Below, piece after piece: positions 9,142 to 19,359 of a stretch of 64,000 bases of DNA. The DNA is taken from NCBI GenBank assembly GCA_046261975.1, contig JBHENQ010000107.1, positions 11,006 to 75,005 of the forward strand, in the 5' to 3' direction. Numbering within the stretch: position 1 is the stretch's first letter; every line of letters begins with the position of its first letter. The notes under the pieces were generated by a model. The model did no database searches and was not told the DNA's origin. It was given only the letters and a program-made list of their open reading frames with translations. Origin of the DNA: Gemmatimonadaceae bacterium (GTDB taxonomy: Bacteria; Gemmatimonadota; Gemmatimonadetes; Gemmatimonadales; Gemmatimonadaceae). The position numbers and the translations under genes are program-made.

Positions 9142-10782
9142 TTACGGTCTACGCTGCCTCACGGAATTGGCCGAGCGGGGCGCAGCAGCCAGGGCGTATA
9201 GAAGGTCGACGTAGAACTTCTCCATTTCCGCCAAACCCGCGACGCGCGAACCAGCCCTGGGCTCAACGAGCAGGTACTCATTCGGTGCGTGAGCGCCTTC
9301 ACCGGTTCCCAGCCCGGTCGGTAACATCGGGAGCCCGAGGCGTTCTGTGAAGACGTAGTAGGGAGCGCTGCCGGCAAGCCTGGGCGACACGCTCAGCCTG
9401 GAAGCGTACTTGTTGAGGACAGCGATTGCGGCCTGCACCAACGGCGCCGAAACCGAGGTCTGTGCCGGGGGATAACCGGAGAGCTTACGAATCTCGATGT
9501 CGTTGAACCCTTTCGCATCGAGATGAGCGCGGATGAGACGCAGCGCCTCATCGGGCGTTTGATTGGGCACCAACCGGGAATCCAGCTTTGCGGTGGCCCT
9601 GTGCGGTAGTATCGTCTTCACGCCTTGCCCGGTGTAGCCACCCCAGATGCCGTCGATGTTTAGCGTTGTCGTGAACAGGAACTGTAAGAGCGACTCTCTG
9701 CCCGTCACGCCGCCGGCCCAGCGTTCGACTGCGAGGTCGCGCATCGTGACGCGCTCCTGTTCCGTCCAGTCAGCCAGGTATCCGTTGACCAAACGCTGTT
9801 CCTCGTCGGTAAGCGGGCGAATGGCATCGTGATATCCTGGAACGAGGACTGTGTTTCCATCGGCCGACGTTAAGGTCGCGAGCGCCTGAGTGAGACGCCA
9901 CGCCGGTGCATCGACAATCGCCTTTAGCGAACCGTGGACCTCGGATCGCGTCGGTCCGCCATGAGAACCGCCTCGCGCTTCCAGCTCGAAGTATACGATT
10001 CCCTTTACTCCCAGACTGAGCGTTACCGCACCAGTAGCGCTCTGCGAAGGAATTGGGAAGAAAACGCCGTCCGCAGTTCGCAACCGCGCCTCGTAGCGGT
10101 CGATGATTTCAGGGAAGTGTGGTGAGCCTAGCTCTTCTTCTCCTTCCGCTACGACCATCAAATTGACGGGTAGCTTTCCGGTGGTAGCCCGGATCGCTTC
10201 GAGCGCGTTGAGGAACGCACGCTCCGGACCTTTCTGATTTACCGCACCGCGGGCCATCAGGACGCGGCCCAACTCGTGATCCACCACGGCTCCGTCGAAG
10301 GGTGGTACTTTCCAGTCCTTCGGCTCCACTGGCTGTACGTCGTACATCATGTATACCGCGAGTGTCTTCTCAGCACCGGCGTCGAAGAATCCCCAAACTC
10401 CGGGGTGTCCGGCAGTGGGCACCAGCTCAGTCTCTTGAAAGCCCAGTTTTCTAAGATCGTCGATCAACATACCTGCCATCTCGGCGATTCCGATGTTTTG
10501 AGCACTGATAGAAGGTTGTTTCACCCAGCGCTTGAGATGCTCGAGGTGCGCCGCCTGATTCCGGTCGATGTACTCGTAGGCAGCCGTATGAGACCCGGTG
10601 TACCGCGGAACGTCAGCTGCGCTGAAGCTTTCGGTGCTGGTGACTACAGCACGGGAGGTAGGGCCAACCGGAAGGGGATCGCTTCGAGGCGTCGCGCACC
10701 CAACGTTCACAGCCAGGGTGACGCCGATGACGATGAAAGAACGGAGATGCGTGCTGTGTGCGGACGCTTGCCTACGAAGCAT
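9142..10782 (-). CDS. M20 family metallopeptidase (dimerisation-domain type), secreted
   Basis: VNLMVVAEGEEELGS metal-binding/catalytic Glu-Glu motif, GAVNQKGP, HGG motifs of the M20/ArgE/DapE family. Signal peptide after the Met at 10780-10782 (MLRRQ...). The longer ORF to 10890 overlaps the upstream gene and is probably not used. Confidence 0.7.
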   Translation of the reverse strand: MLRRQASAHSTHLRSFIVIGVTLAVNVGCATPRSDPLPVGPTSRAVVTSTESFSAADVPRYTGSHTAAYEYIDRNQAAHLEHLKRWVKQPSISAQNIGIAEMAGMLIDDLRKLGFQETELVPTAGHPGVWGFFDAGAEKTLAVYMMYDVQPVEPKDWKVPPFDGAVVDHELGRVLMARGAVNQKGPERAFLNALEAIRATTGKLPVNLMVVAEGEEELGSPHFPEIIDRYEARLRTADGVFFPIPSQSATGAVTLSLGVKGIVYFELEARGGSHGGPTRSEVHGSLKAIVDAPAWRLTQALATLTSADGNTVLVPGYHDAIRPLTDEEQRLVNGYLADWTEQERVTMRDLAVERWAGGVTGRESLLQFLFTTTLNIDGIWGGYTGQGVKTILPHRATAKLDSRLVPNQTPDEALRLIRAHLDAKGFNDIEIRKLSGYPPAQTSVSAPLVQAAIAVLNKYASRLSVSPRLAGSAPYYVFTERLGLPMLPTGLGTGEGAHAPNEYLLVEPRAGSRVAGLAEMEKFYVDLLYALAAAPRSANSVRQRRP

Positions 10783-10919
10783 GGCTAGTCTCCAGACGCT
10801 TGTGGCGCCACTACGCGAGCTGGCCGATGCTTCCAGGAAATAGCAACGGTGTCGTCTTGTGGCTGATCGAATCGTGGCGCATACTGGCAATATTCACAAG
10901 GCTAGCGAGAGTCAAAAAA

Positions 10920-12650
10920 ATGATGCTCTACGGAAAGTTCGTACAGTTGGCTGCGTTGGCGTTGCTATATGTTGCGCAGACAAGGGTTGCTTCGGCTCAG
11001 AATGTCCCAATAGACGCAGCTCACCCGGCCTTTCGCTGCGATGGTCAGCCGGTATCCAGCATCTCGATCAAGCGCGAGCCGCCCACAGTGATTGGACGAT
11101 CAGCTCCGCAATGGAGCCGTCCGATTCTGAGTTTCCTGCTTCAGCATCGCACTACGAGGCCGGAGGCGATCCGCCCCTTTCTTCTTCTGAAGGACGGATC
11201 CACCTGCACGGATTTTCGACGCGCCGAGTCGGAGCGCTTGCTTCGGGCGCAGCCCTATCTGGCGGACGCTACCGTGCGAGCAGTACCCGCCGGTGGCGAC
11301 AGCGTTGCTCTGGAAATCGAAACGATTGACGAGATTCCGATAGTTGTCGGCTTGCGCGTTCGCAATAGCAAGCCTTCCTCAATCAAGTTCGGGAACGCAA
11401 ATCTCCTGGGTCGTGGCTTGTATGCAGCGGTAGAGTGGGAGGATGGGTTTGCGTTTCGCGACGGCCTTGGGGTGACTTTCGTCAACTACCACATGTTCGG
11501 CGGCCCCAACCAGCTCGCAATGCAGGCGGAGCGGCATCCGTTGGGGGAAGAGTACGGAGTTGCGCTCACCAGCCCATTCCAGACGGAATTTCAAAGAGTA
11601 GCGTGGCACGCGGGATACGCCAATCGCGATCGCTTCGTTGCGTTCTTGCGGTCCAATAATCCCACAATCTCCCTGATGTTGAGGCGGGAGCTCTCTGACA
11701 TCGGAGGCGTCTTTCGGCTGGGACGCGGCGGCGGACGCGTGTTTGCCGGCGGAATCATCGCGCACGAACGAATCGAGCCGGCGGACCGCGGTGTCGTCGT
11801 CACCGACACGGCTTTGCTGAGCGATCCCGATCAGACGCTGGCAGGCCGGTATCATTCGTCACGCATGACGCGAATCGCGGCGGTGCTGGGTATGCGGGCG
11901 CTGTCGTTCAGAACGGTACGGGGGTTCGACGCGCTCATTGGCCCGCAGGACGTGGGTCGCGGCTTTCAGGCAGCCGTCAGCGCGGGTCCGGTTTTTGGAA
12001 CCAACGATGGCGAGTACGTCGGCACGGATGTATACGCAGCAGCCGGCGGGCAGGCATCGTTCCTGGCGTTTCGCCTCCGTAGCGAAGGTCGTCTCGACCA
12101 GACAGCTGATCGCTGGGTCGATGTAGTTCATGCCGGGCATCTCGCATTCTATTCCAAGGCTTCACCCAAGCGAACCGTCATTGTGAGCAGCGCATTCACC
12201 GGAGCATGGCGGTCCCGGGTTCCGTTCCAACTAACGATCGGCGATCGTGAGGGTGGTGTGCGTGGCTATGATGGCTCGCGCGTGGCAGGCGCGCGACGCG
12301 CTGTGCTTGCCGTGGAACACCGGTGGGTGGTCCGGGAGGTTGGTCGCTATGCAGGATTCGGGGTGGCCGGCTTTGCCGATGCAGGTCGCATGTGGCGTGG
12401 GTCGGTCCCATTCGGAACCCATGGTACCCGTGCGAGCGCTGGTATTTCGCTTCTCGGAGCAGTTCCCACTCAGTCGAACCGTTTGCTCCGGGTCGATTTC
12501 GCCGTCCCGATAGCCCCAGACAAGGACGCGCCGTCATGGGATCTGCGCTTCACGGCATCGCGGCCATTACGCACGTTCTGGCGAGAGCCGGGGGACATAA
12601 CACAGGCACGAGCGGGCGTACCGGCAACGGGCATCTTCGCGTGGCCGTGA
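10920..12650 (+). CDS. Omp85/ShlB-FhaC-like outer-membrane beta-barrel protein (POTRA plus barrel), tentative
   Basis: Signal peptide after MMLYGKF. Alternating amphipathic beta-strand pattern with aromatic-rich C-terminus (...RFTASRPLRTFW). Central LGRGLYAAVEWEDGF resembles POTRA/barrel junctions of the Omp85 superfamily. Start chosen at ATG 10920 preceded by an A-rich region. Confidence 0.4.
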   Translation: MMLYGKFVQLAALALLYVAQTRVASAQNVPIDAAHPAFRCDGQPVSSISIKREPPTVIGRSAPQWSRPILSFLLQHRTTRPEAIRPFLLLKDGSTCTDFRRAESERLLRAQPYLADATVRAVPAGGDSVALEIETIDEIPIVVGLRVRNSKPSSIKFGNANLLGRGLYAAVEWEDGFAFRDGLGVTFVNYHMFGGPNQLAMQAERHPLGEEYGVALTSPFQTEFQRVAWHAGYANRDRFVAFLRSNNPTISLMLRRELSDIGGVFRLGRGGGRVFAGGIIAHERIEPADRGVVVTDTALLSDPDQTLAGRYHSSRMTRIAAVLGMRALSFRTVRGFDALIGPQDVGRGFQAAVSAGPVFGTNDGEYVGTDVYAAAGGQASFLAFRLRSEGRLDQTADRWVDVVHAGHLAFYSKASPKRTVIVSSAFTGAWRSRVPFQLTIGDREGGVRGYDGSRVAGARRAVLAVEHRWVVREVGRYAGFGVAGFADAGRMWRGSVPFGTHGTRASAGISLLGAVPTQSNRLLRVDFAVPIAPDKDAPSWDLRFTASRPLRTFWREPGDITQARAGVPATGIFAWP

Positions 12651-12716
12651 ATGATTCGTCCTTGCCATCAAGGTGCGACGCGATCATACTTTTCGACCCT
12701 ATCTGAAGAAACCTCA

Positions 12717-13259
12717 ATGATCAGGATGGCAATCGGCCTGAGCATCAGCTTTGCCCTGACGGCGGCGGCAACACGAGTTGACGCTCAACTCACTGGAATG
12801 GAACAGGAAACCACGCCCCGCATGGTTCGCGTTGGTTTTGGCGGCGGCGTGAGCGTTCCGGTCAGCGATGCGAAAGACGCGCTCAAAAACGGTATAAACG
12901 GTCAGGGGTACCTTCCGTTCCGGCTTCCTGGCGGCCTGCCGGCATTCCGGGTAAACGTCAGCTATCAGAAGTTCGATTTTAAGGAAGCCGTGCTCCTGCC
13001 TGGACAGACTGGTGACAGGCCATACATCACGGCTGGATTGGGCGCGTTCAATGTGAGGAATGCCATAGAGACAGCTTCAACCACTTCCAAAGTCTCGGAC
13101 ACCAAGTTCGGGATCGATGGTGGTGCCGGTTTCGCGCTCAAGTTGGGACGCATCGATGGCTTCATCGAAGCGCGAATCCAGAATGTATATACAGACGAAG
13201 GGATAATCGACACCAAAGGCGTTCAGTTCGTTCCTGTCACGTTTGGCCTGGTGTTTTGA
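12717..13259 (+). CDS. outer-membrane beta-barrel (OmpW/OmpA-like porin family) protein
   Basis: Signal peptide MIRMAIGLSISFALTAAA. 8-strand-sized (about 180 aa) alternating-hydrophobic pattern ending in ...VTFGLVF (C-terminal Phe). ATG at 12717. Confidence 0.55.
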   Translation: MIRMAIGLSISFALTAAATRVDAQLTGMEQETTPRMVRVGFGGGVSVPVSDAKDALKNGINGQGYLPFRLPGGLPAFRVNVSYQKFDFKEAVLLPGQTGDRPYITAGLGAFNVRNAIETASTTSKVSDTKFGIDGGAGFALKLGRIDGFIEARIQNVYTDEGIIDTKGVQFVPVTFGLVF

Positions 13260-13324
13260 ATCACGAATTGCTCCATCGCGCGTACAGAGGCGCATGTGGT
13301 CGAAGAGATGAAACACCCTGAGCT

Positions 13325-14182
13325 GTGATCGATCGTCGCGATTTTCTCAGGACACTTGGCGCGAGTGCGCTAGGTGCGGTGGGCGTGGCTGAGTCGGCGT
13401 GCGCGCCCCGAAGCGTTGCTTCCGGTACGAGCCGCATCGAGAGAATCGGCGTTCAGCTCTACACCCTGCGCAACGAGTTGGGCAAGGACTTCGACGGGAC
13501 CCTCGCGCGCGTGGCAGAGATCGGTTTCAAGGAAGTGGAGTTCGCCGGCTACTACGATCGCTCACCGGCGGACGTGCGCGCCACGCTCGATAAGCACGGG
13601 TTAACGGCACCCTCAGCTCATGTGGGAACCGCTGCGAACGTCGTCACCGGCTGGGCACAAACCATCGAGAACGCAAAGCTCATCGGTCACGAGTATCTGG
13701 GGGTCGCGTATCTCACGGTTGAAGAACGCAAGACGCTGGACGATTACCGGAAGCTGGCCGACATATTCAATCGCGCAGGCGAAACCGCCAGGAAGCTTGG
13801 CGTCCAGTTCGCGTATCACAATCACGATTTCGAGTTTGTCCCGATCGACGGCGCTGTGCCTTATGACATTCTGCTCGATCGCACGGATCCCGCGCTCGTG
13901 AAGATGGAGATGGACCTGTTCTGGATCACCAAGGCTGGCCACAAGCCACTCGAGTATTTTTCGCGGTACCCGGGCCGATTTCCTCTGGTGCACGTCAAGG
14001 ACATGGACGCCCGCGAGCGCATGGTGGACGTCGGCCGTGGCGCAATAGACTTCAAGGGAATTTTCGCTTTGAGAGAGCAGGCTGGCATCAGGCATTTCTT
14101 CGTCGAGCACGACGAGCCCAAGCCTGACGGCCTCGCTAGCGTGAAATCGAGCTACGATCATCTCTTGCAACTGAGATTCTAG
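13325..14182 (+). CDS. sugar phosphate isomerase/epimerase (xylose-isomerase-like TIM barrel), TAT-exported
   Basis: Twin-arginine signal (DRRDFLRTLGASALGAVG). Family pattern of AP-endonuclease-2/xylose-isomerase-like TIM barrels. 285 aa. Confidence 0.7.
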   Translation: MIDRRDFLRTLGASALGAVGVAESACAPRSVASGTSRIERIGVQLYTLRNELGKDFDGTLARVAEIGFKEVEFAGYYDRSPADVRATLDKHGLTAPSAHVGTAANVVTGWAQTIENAKLIGHEYLGVAYLTVEERKTLDDYRKLADIFNRAGETARKLGVQFAYHNHDFEFVPIDGAVPYDILLDRTDPALVKMEMDLFWITKAGHKPLEYFSRYPGRFPLVHVKDMDARERMVDVGRGAIDFKGIFALREQAGIRHFFVEHDEPKPDGLASVKSSYDHLLQLRF

Positions 14183-14183
14183 C

Positions 14184-15074
14184 ATGACGCCCCTCTCGCG
14201 GCGCGCTATGCTCGCGACTACCGCGACAGCGGTCGTCGCGGCAGGATCGCTTGCCTTGGACGTCGCTGCTCAGAAGCAGCCGCGCGCGAAAGGAGTGGCC
14301 AGACGAGCGGCTGGGCGGCTACGGCAATCAGCCTCCCGCTGGTGTTACGATGGCATTCCTCTTCGTGAACTATGCAAAGCAGGCGCCAGGATGGGACTCA
14401 AGGGTATCGACCTCCTCCAGCCCACCGACTGGGAAGTAGTCCGCGAGTACGGTCTTGTTTGTTCGATGGGTTATCCCACCGCGCGCCCCGATTTTCTCAC
14501 CAACGGATTCAACAATCGTGCGAGTCACCGGATGCTGCTGTCCGAGCTCGAGCTGGCCATCCCGCGGGCGGCCAAGCATTCCGTGCCTAACGTGATCGCC
14601 ATGTTCGGAAACCGACAGGGCCGCGCTGATGCACAGGGCATCTCTGCGTGCATCGAGGGGCTGAATCGCATCAAATCCCTTGCCGAGGAACACAGCGTCA
14701 CCGTGTGCGTGGAGCTGCTGAACAGCAAGGTCGACCACAAGGACTACCACGGCGACAGTACGGCATTCGGCGTTGAAGTCGTGAAAGGCGTGGCCTCACC
14801 GAGGGTCAAGCTGCTATAGGATATCTATCACATGCAGATCATGGAGGGCGACGTCATCCGAACCATTCGAGCTAACATTGGCCACATCGCCCACTTCCAT
14901 ACCGGAGGCGTGCCAGGACGTAACGAGCTAGACGCGACACAGGAGCTGAACTGGCGTGCCGTAGCCAAGGCAATCGCCGATACCGGCTTCGGCGGTTTCG
15001 TCGCTCACGAGTTCGTGCCAACACGCGACCCGCTCACTTCGCTTCGAGAGGCTGTCGCGATCTGCGAGGTGTGA
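14184..15074 (+). pseudogene. hydroxypyruvate-isomerase-like TIM-barrel protein interrupted by an in-frame TAG (ORF pieces 14184..14819 and 14832..15074)
   Basis: Single continuous frame. Translation reads ...PRVKLL*DIYHMQIMEGDV..., where the family-conserved motif is LLYDIYHMQ. The stop (TAG, 14817-14819) replaces the conserved Tyr codon by a 1-nt change. TAT-type signal at N-terminus (SRRAMLATTATAVVAAGS). Confidence 0.55.
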
Positions 15075-15087
15075 TCGCTTCCGTCAG

Positions 15088-16854
15088 TTATTTCTCGGCG
15101 AGGTACTCTTTCACTTCCGCCTCCAGCACCAGCAGTGGCACAGACCCGTTGCGCAGGATCGCGTCGTGGAACTTCCTCACGTCGAAGCGATCCCCAAGTG
15201 AGCGCTCCGCGAGGGCGCGGAGCTCTCTGATCTTGATCTCTCCAAGCTTGTAGGCCAGCGCCTGGGCCGGCCACGAGATGTAGCGGTCCGTCTCGGTTCT
15301 CACCTCGTGCAGCGACAGCGCCGTGTGCTCGGCCATGTAGCTCAGCACTCGATCGCGCGTCCAGCCCTTTGAGTGAATTCCCGTATCTACAACCAGCCTG
15401 CAAGCACGCCACATTTCGTAGGTCAGACGTCCAAAATCACTGTAAGGGTCCGTGTAAAACCCCGCCTCGAGCCCGAGCCGCTCCGAGTATAAGCCCCAGC
15501 CCTCGCCGAACGCCGAGATGTACGTGAAACGCCGAAAGTCAGGCAACCCATCCAGCTCGCGCGCGAGGGAGATCTGCAGATGATGTCCCGGAACAGCCTC
15601 GTGTAGCGTGAGCGCTTCCAGCGCGTAGAACGGGCGGCTCGGCAAATTGTAAGTGTTCACCCAGTACTTGGACGACTCCGTGCTCCCTGGGGGCGCATTT
15701 ACATAACGGCCTGCCGTGTACTTCGGCGCAAGGTGAGCTGGCACCGGATCCACCCCATAGGGAGCACGAGGAAGGCGGCTAAAGAGCGATGGCAACTTGC
15801 CATCCATCCGCTTGGCGATCCATGATGCTCTCTCTAGCAGTTGTTCTGCCGATGTCGGATAGAACCGTGCATCGGTGCGAAGCATCTGGATGAACTCGGC
15901 CAGCGTGCCCGCGAAGCCTGAACGGCGCATCGCGGTTTCCATCTCGGCTCGAATACGCGCAACCTCCGAGAGACCGACTGTGTGGATCGAGTCGGCTGAT
16001 AGATCGAGCGTCGTATACTTCCGAATCTGACGCCTGTAGTAAGCAGCGCCGCCCGGAAGATCGCTGGCAGCGATGGTCTGTCTTGCACCGGGGATGTACT
16101 CGCCGCTCATGAAAGCGAGGAATTCACGGTACGCGGGTATGACGCTGTCGCGGATCACCGTGCGCGCCGCAAGCCGAAGTCTTTCTTTCTCACCGGAAGG
16201 CATGGCTTCCGGCAATTGGGTGAGCGGCTTGAAAAACACACTTGAATCGAGCGCGGTCACGATGTGCGTGCCGATGGTTACATCGTACCCGTCGAGGACC
16301 ACCCTCGGCATCGTGAATCCGGTCTCGAGCCCTCGCCTCATGAGGGCGATGTGCTCGCGAAAGTACCGGGGAGTTTGCCCCAGCCGCGCGATGTATTTCT
16401 CTACTTCCGTTGCGGTTTGATGCGGAGTCCGCGCTGGAAGTTGCGCAAGCGAAATGTGAAACCCGTCGTCCGCTAGGATGGGAATGCGATCGACCTCGCC
16501 CTCGATGTCGTCCAGCCACGTTCTAAGACGGTCTTCGAGCATGGCGGCGTTGATCCTGTCGTGGCGTGCAAGTGACCGGCGGTCGATCGTCCCGAGTCGC
16601 TTGAGGTAGAACGCGAGCGAGTCCTGCCTACGTTTCTGGTCGGCCTGCGACATTCCAGGCAAACGGTCATCGTAACGGCGGTCACCGACGCTGGTGGCGA
16701 GAAGAGGATTCTCCCGCAACTCGAACTCCCACGCTGCGCCTATGATTGCGTGCAGCCGGGCGGATGCCGGCGTTGCTCGCGTACGCTGCGCGCCCGCCGG
16801 CGACGATACGAGGAGGAATGTGAGCAGCACGAGAAGAGTACGAGTCGAGAGCAT
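15088..16854 (-). CDS. DUF885 family secreted protein (predicted metallopeptidase-like)
   Basis: Signal peptide. Hallmark DUF885 motif LHEAVPGHHLQ. 588 aa. Confidence 0.75.
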   Translation of the reverse strand: MLSTRTLLVLLTFLLVSSPAGAQRTRATPASARLHAIIGAAWEFELRENPLLATSVGDRRYDDRLPGMSQADQKRRQDSLAFYLKRLGTIDRRSLARHDRINAAMLEDRLRTWLDDIEGEVDRIPILADDGFHISLAQLPARTPHQTATEVEKYIARLGQTPRYFREHIALMRRGLETGFTMPRVVLDGYDVTIGTHIVTALDSSVFFKPLTQLPEAMPSGEKERLRLAARTVIRDSVIPAYREFLAFMSGEYIPGARQTIAASDLPGGAAYYRRQIRKYTTLDLSADSIHTVGLSEVARIRAEMETAMRRSGFAGTLAEFIQMLRTDARFYPTSAEQLLERASWIAKRMDGKLPSLFSRLPRAPYGVDPVPAHLAPKYTAGRYVNAPPGSTESSKYWVNTYNLPSRPFYALEALTLHEAVPGHHLQISLARELDGLPDFRRFTYISAFGEGWGLYSERLGLEAGFYTDPYSDFGRLTYEMWRACRLVVDTGIHSKGWTRDRVLSYMAEHTALSLHEVRTETDRYISWPAQALAYKLGEIKIRELRALAERSLGDRFDVRKFHDAILRNGSVPLLVLEAEVKEYLAEK

Positions 16855-16924
16855 GGCAGGCAGATGAGTAGTATGGATCTTATTTTCAATCGGAAAAGTG
16901 ATGTTTCGGATTTAAGAGCTACTA

Positions 16925-16957
16925 CCCCACACCCCACACCCCACACCCGATCCCCCC
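16925..16957. repeat. tandem CCCCACA heptamers (x3-4) in the divergent promoter region between DUF885 and the GMC oxidoreductase
   Basis: ccccacaccccacaccccacacccgatcccccc read directly; complement is GTGGGGT x3. Confidence 0.8.
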
Positions 16958-17055
16958 AAACGTTGGCACGCACGGCCGAAAATCGCCATTCTGGAGTTGG
17001 CACCCCCCGCCCTCTGGTAGTAGCTTGGCGCCAACCAGATACAGGAAGACACCGG

Positions 17056-18750
17056 ATGCAGGAAACCTCCAGGTCAGACCTCTACGACGTCTGCATAGTT
17101 GGCTCCGGTGCAGGCGGCGGAATGGCGGCCTATACCCTCGCCCACGCCGGTGCCAGGGTGGTGATGCTCGAAGCTGGTCCGATGTGGGACAACAGGAAAG
17201 ACTCGGCCATGTTCAAGTGGCCCTACGAATCTCCGCGACGCGGTGCCGCTACACGCGAGAGGCCGTTCGGCGAATTCGATGCATGTCCGGGCGGATGGAA
17301 TCTTGAGGGGGAGCCTTATACGCGCGCCGCCGGCACGAAGTTTGACTGGTGGCGTGCACGTATGCTGGGAGGCCGCACGAACCATTGGGGCCGGATCTCT
17401 CTACGCTTCGGACCCGATGACTTTCGAGGCAAGAGCATGGATGGCCTGGGCGATGACTGGCCCATCGGTTACGACGACATCGCTCCGTACTACGACAAGA
17501 TCGACCGGCTCATTGGGATTTTCGGCAGCAACGAAGGTCTTCGCCAGCATCCCGACGGAATATTTCACAAGCCTCCACGGCCGCGGTGCTACGAGCTGTA
17601 CGTGAAACAAGCCGCAGACAAGCTGGGTGTCACCTGCATTCCGGCGCGACTCTCCATAATCACGAAGCCGCACAACGGCCGCGCGCCGTGTCATTACTGC
17701 GGCCAGTGTAACCGCGGCTGCATGACGACGTCGAATTTTTCGTCGCCCAACGTGCTCATCTTTCCCGCGCTCAGAACAGGCCGGCTCAAGCTCATTACCA
17801 ACGCCATGGCTCGTGAGGTGACGCTCGGTACGAATGGGCTCGCGAACGGCGTTTCTTACATTGACACGAAAACCGGCGCTGATCGCAGCATTCGGGCCTC
17901 CATCGTCGTGTTGGCTGCGAGTGCCTGTGAATCCGCTCGGCTACTGCTCAATTCCAGGTCATCACTGTTTCCCAATGGCCTCGCCAATTCGAGTGGCACC
18001 GTCGGCAAGTACCTCACCGACACTACAGGTACCGACGTCGCGGGATTCATACCTCGTCTCATGAATCACGTACCACACAACGAGGATGGCGTCGGTGGCG
18101 GGCACCTCTACATGCCCTGGTGGCTCAACAACAAGAAGCTCGATTTCCCTCGCGGCTATCATATCGAGATCTGGGGGGGACTCGGCGTGCCATCGTACGG
18201 ATTCATGGGTGGCATTCAGTCATACGCGGAGGGCGGCGGTTACGGACAGCAGCTCAAGAACGATTATCGGCGCTACTACGGGTCCACGATCGGCTTCTCG
18301 GGACGTGGAGAGATGATTCCGAACGCGCAGAGCTATTGCGAGCTCGACCCCGAAACAAAAGACAAATGGGGTATCCCGGTGCTGCGGTTCCACTGGAGAT
18401 GGACGGACCATGAGTACAGGCAGGTCAAGCACATGCAGGAGACTTTCCGCGATCTGGTGTTCGAGATGGGCGGCGAAGTGTTCTCTCCCATGCCGACTTC
18501 CGAGCAAGGCTATGGCATCGCCAACGGTGGAGCAATAATCCACGAGCTCGGCACCACGCGTATGGGGACCGATGCCGGCACTTCAGTGGTGAACGCCAAC
18601 TGCCAGGCGCACGACGTGAGAAATCTCTTCATCGCAGATGGCGGGCCGTTCGTCTCGCAGGCCGACAAGAATCCGACATGGACGATCCTGGCGTTATCCA
18701 TGCGCACAGCAGACTATATCAGCGACCAGCGAAAGAAAGGGGCCCTGTGA
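17056..18750 (+). CDS. GMC family FAD-dependent oxidoreductase
   Basis: Rossmann FAD motif DVCIVGSGAGGGMAAYTLAHAGARVVMLEAG and C-terminal GMC motifs. Start ATG 17056 with AGGAAG 8 nt upstream. The longer ORF from 16750 runs through the promoter and repeats. Confidence 0.8.
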   Translation: MQETSRSDLYDVCIVGSGAGGGMAAYTLAHAGARVVMLEAGPMWDNRKDSAMFKWPYESPRRGAATRERPFGEFDACPGGWNLEGEPYTRAAGTKFDWWRARMLGGRTNHWGRISLRFGPDDFRGKSMDGLGDDWPIGYDDIAPYYDKIDRLIGIFGSNEGLRQHPDGIFHKPPRPRCYELYVKQAADKLGVTCIPARLSIITKPHNGRAPCHYCGQCNRGCMTTSNFSSPNVLIFPALRTGRLKLITNAMAREVTLGTNGLANGVSYIDTKTGADRSIRASIVVLAASACESARLLLNSRSSLFPNGLANSSGTVGKYLTDTTGTDVAGFIPRLMNHVPHNEDGVGGGHLYMPWWLNNKKLDFPRGYHIEIWGGLGVPSYGFMGGIQSYAEGGGYGQQLKNDYRRYYGSTIGFSGRGEMIPNAQSYCELDPETKDKWGIPVLRFHWRWTDHEYRQVKHMQETFRDLVFEMGGEVFSPMPTSEQGYGIANGGAIIHELGTTRMGTDAGTSVVNANCQAHDVRNLFIADGGPFVSQADKNPTWTILALSMRTADYISDQRKKGAL

Positions 18751-19358
18751 CCGACATCGACCGAAGGCACGCCATCACGTTGCTGGCGGCGACGCCGGTG
18801 GCTGTTCTGACTTTGTCGCGTGCCGAGCTGGATCGTGCAGCCCAGCATGCACGCCGTGCGCTGGAACGACTAGCCTCGCGTGGCGAAGCCTATGCCCCCA
18901 AGTTTTTCACCGCTCATGAATGGCGGACCGTGCGAATGCTCTCGGACCTGGTGATTCCTCGCGATCGCCGCTCCGGGAGCGCTACGGACGCCGGTGTTCC
19001 CGAATTCATGGACTTCATAATGACCGAGTACCCGGCTAGCCAGAAGAATATGCGGGATGGGCTGGCGTGGCTCGATTCCGAGTGCCAGAGGCGGCATGCC
19101 AATACGTTCGTTGCATCCACGCTGAAGGAACGTACGTTGGTGCTGGACGACATCGCCTGGCCTCGGCGTGCTCGCCCCGAAATGAAGGACGGTGTCACAT
19201 TCTTCAACAGCTTCCGTGATCTCACCGCCAGCGGTTTCTGGTCGAGCCGCATGGGGGTGAAGGATCTCCAGTACATGGGCAATACTGCGATCGCGGAGTG
19301 GAAGGGCTGCCCACCGTCGGCACTGCGTAAACTGGGAGTCTCCTACAGAACGAAATGA
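18747..19358 (+). CDS. gluconate 2-dehydrogenase subunit 3-like protein (TAT-signal small subunit partner of GMC dehydrogenases)
   Basis: GTG start overlapping the GMC stop (GTGA). Twin-arginine motif DRRHAITLLAATPVAVL. Family typical of small subunits paired with GMC flavoproteins. Confidence 0.6.
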   Translation: MTDIDRRHAITLLAATPVAVLTLSRAELDRAAQHARRALERLASRGEAYAPKFFTAHEWRTVRMLSDLVIPRDRRSGSATDAGVPEFMDFIMTEYPASQKNMRDGLAWLDSECQRRHANTFVASTLKERTLVLDDIAWPRRARPEMKDGVTFFNSFRDLTASGFWSSRMGVKDLQYMGNTAIAEWKGCPPSALRKLGVSYRTK

Positions 19359-19359
19359 C

